Shown in pieces: positions 63,641-64,000 of a stretch of DNA of 64,000 nt. Made by a program: the position numbers and the translations under genes. The notes beneath the pieces were generated by a model. The model worked only from the letters and a program-made list of their open reading frames with translations, was not told the origin of the DNA and searched no databases. Position 1 is the stretch's first letter. Each line of letters opens with the position of its first letter. The stretch comes from Candidatus Poseidoniales archaeon (GTDB lineage Archaea > Thermoplasmatota > Poseidoniia > Poseidoniales > Poseidoniaceae), in contig QQRY01000040.1 of NCBI GenBank assembly GCA_003602575.1, positions 7,753 to 71,752 on the forward strand. The letters run 5' to 3'.

Positions 63641-64000
63641 TTTTCTCCCTCCTTATGCTTGTATACTGGCCATTCGACTATAGCATTCCCAGTACCAATA
63701 ATTGTACCATAGCCATGAAGAATAGCAGGATATGTTGGAATATCTAATGTCGATAAGAGCCATGTAAAACCTCCACCGTCACTTTCAGCGATAGCTTGTT
63801 CGGTAAATTCAGGCATTTCATCAATAATTCTTTGACTTTGGCCGGTGCGCATATATTCGATCATACGCATATCCCAAAGGTGCATAGCATGACTGGTGAT
63901 GTGTTCTTTACTCATGTCTTCAGGAACTTCGGATTCAGTTGTGAAATGTCGATGTGAAAGAGAGTTACTAGCCAGTACGACCGCTTTCTTTCCGCTATCA
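63637..64000 (-). CDS. LigB-type extradiol dioxygenase subunit (catalytic-looking), C-terminal part; gene runs off the right edge
   Basis: The reading frame stays open upstream of the track's Met: DSGKKAVVLASNSLSHRHFTTESEVPEDMSKEHIT... The (G/S)-L-S-H block is typical of the LigB family. Its stop overlaps the downstream start in ATGA (63637-63640). Confidence 0.55.
   Translation of the reverse strand, partial: DSGKKAVVLASNSLSHRHFTTESEVPEDMSKEHITSHAMHLWDMRMIEYMRTGQSQRIIDEMPEFTEQAIAESDGGGFTWLLSTLDIPTYPAILHGYGTIIGTGNAIVEWPVYKHKEGEK

Overview
The window looks like an archaeal chromosomal segment. The evidence is a DNA polymerase D small subunit, RFC small subunit, Pelota, GatD, a Nob1-like PIN/Zn-ribbon nuclease, TatA, a MoaD/SAMP-like protein ending in GG, and a tRNA with a canonical bulge-helix-bulge intron. 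Gene content, AT-rich intergenic regions and the many huge adhesin-like proteins suggest a planktonic marine euryarchaeote (Marine Group II/III-like). That placement is inference and cannot be verified here. By ORF-track lengths, five very large surface proteins (1,024, 5,367, 955, 3,089 and 887 aa) take about 34 kb of the 64 kb. Each has an N-terminal signal or TM segment and a C-terminal TM anchor. They sit in three loci interleaved with housekeeping genes. One locus (the 1,024- and 5,367-aa genes) directly follows a MacB/FtsX-type ABC transporter; a second such transporter (42793-45978) is not directly adjacent to any surface-protein gene. Other genes include formate-THF ligase, acyl-CoA carboxyltransferase, a CinA/PncC-like protein, a HAD phosphatase, an AroE-like protein, a flotillin/NfeD-like operon, an APC permease, a LigB-like/RidA fusion, tRNA-Val(UAC) and an intron-containing tRNA-Met(CAU). 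I saw no CRISPR array, rRNA, transposase or integrase. The most unusual observations are: (1) the 5,367-aa ORF ends with a TM segment, an acidic linker and a complete archaeal type IV pilin-like N-terminal module in prepilin topology; (2) a recurring Cys/Gly-rich 'DSYGDGxNG ... CxxWCYE' module in that protein; (3) a shared acidic, Trp-rich (WW-like) cytoplasmic tail on two neighbouring surface proteins; (4) an EF-hand pair fused to an amino-acid permease; (5) a degenerate LigB-like subunit fused to a RidA domain next to a catalytic-looking LigB-like subunit. All family assignments come from motif recognition by eye; no searches were run.
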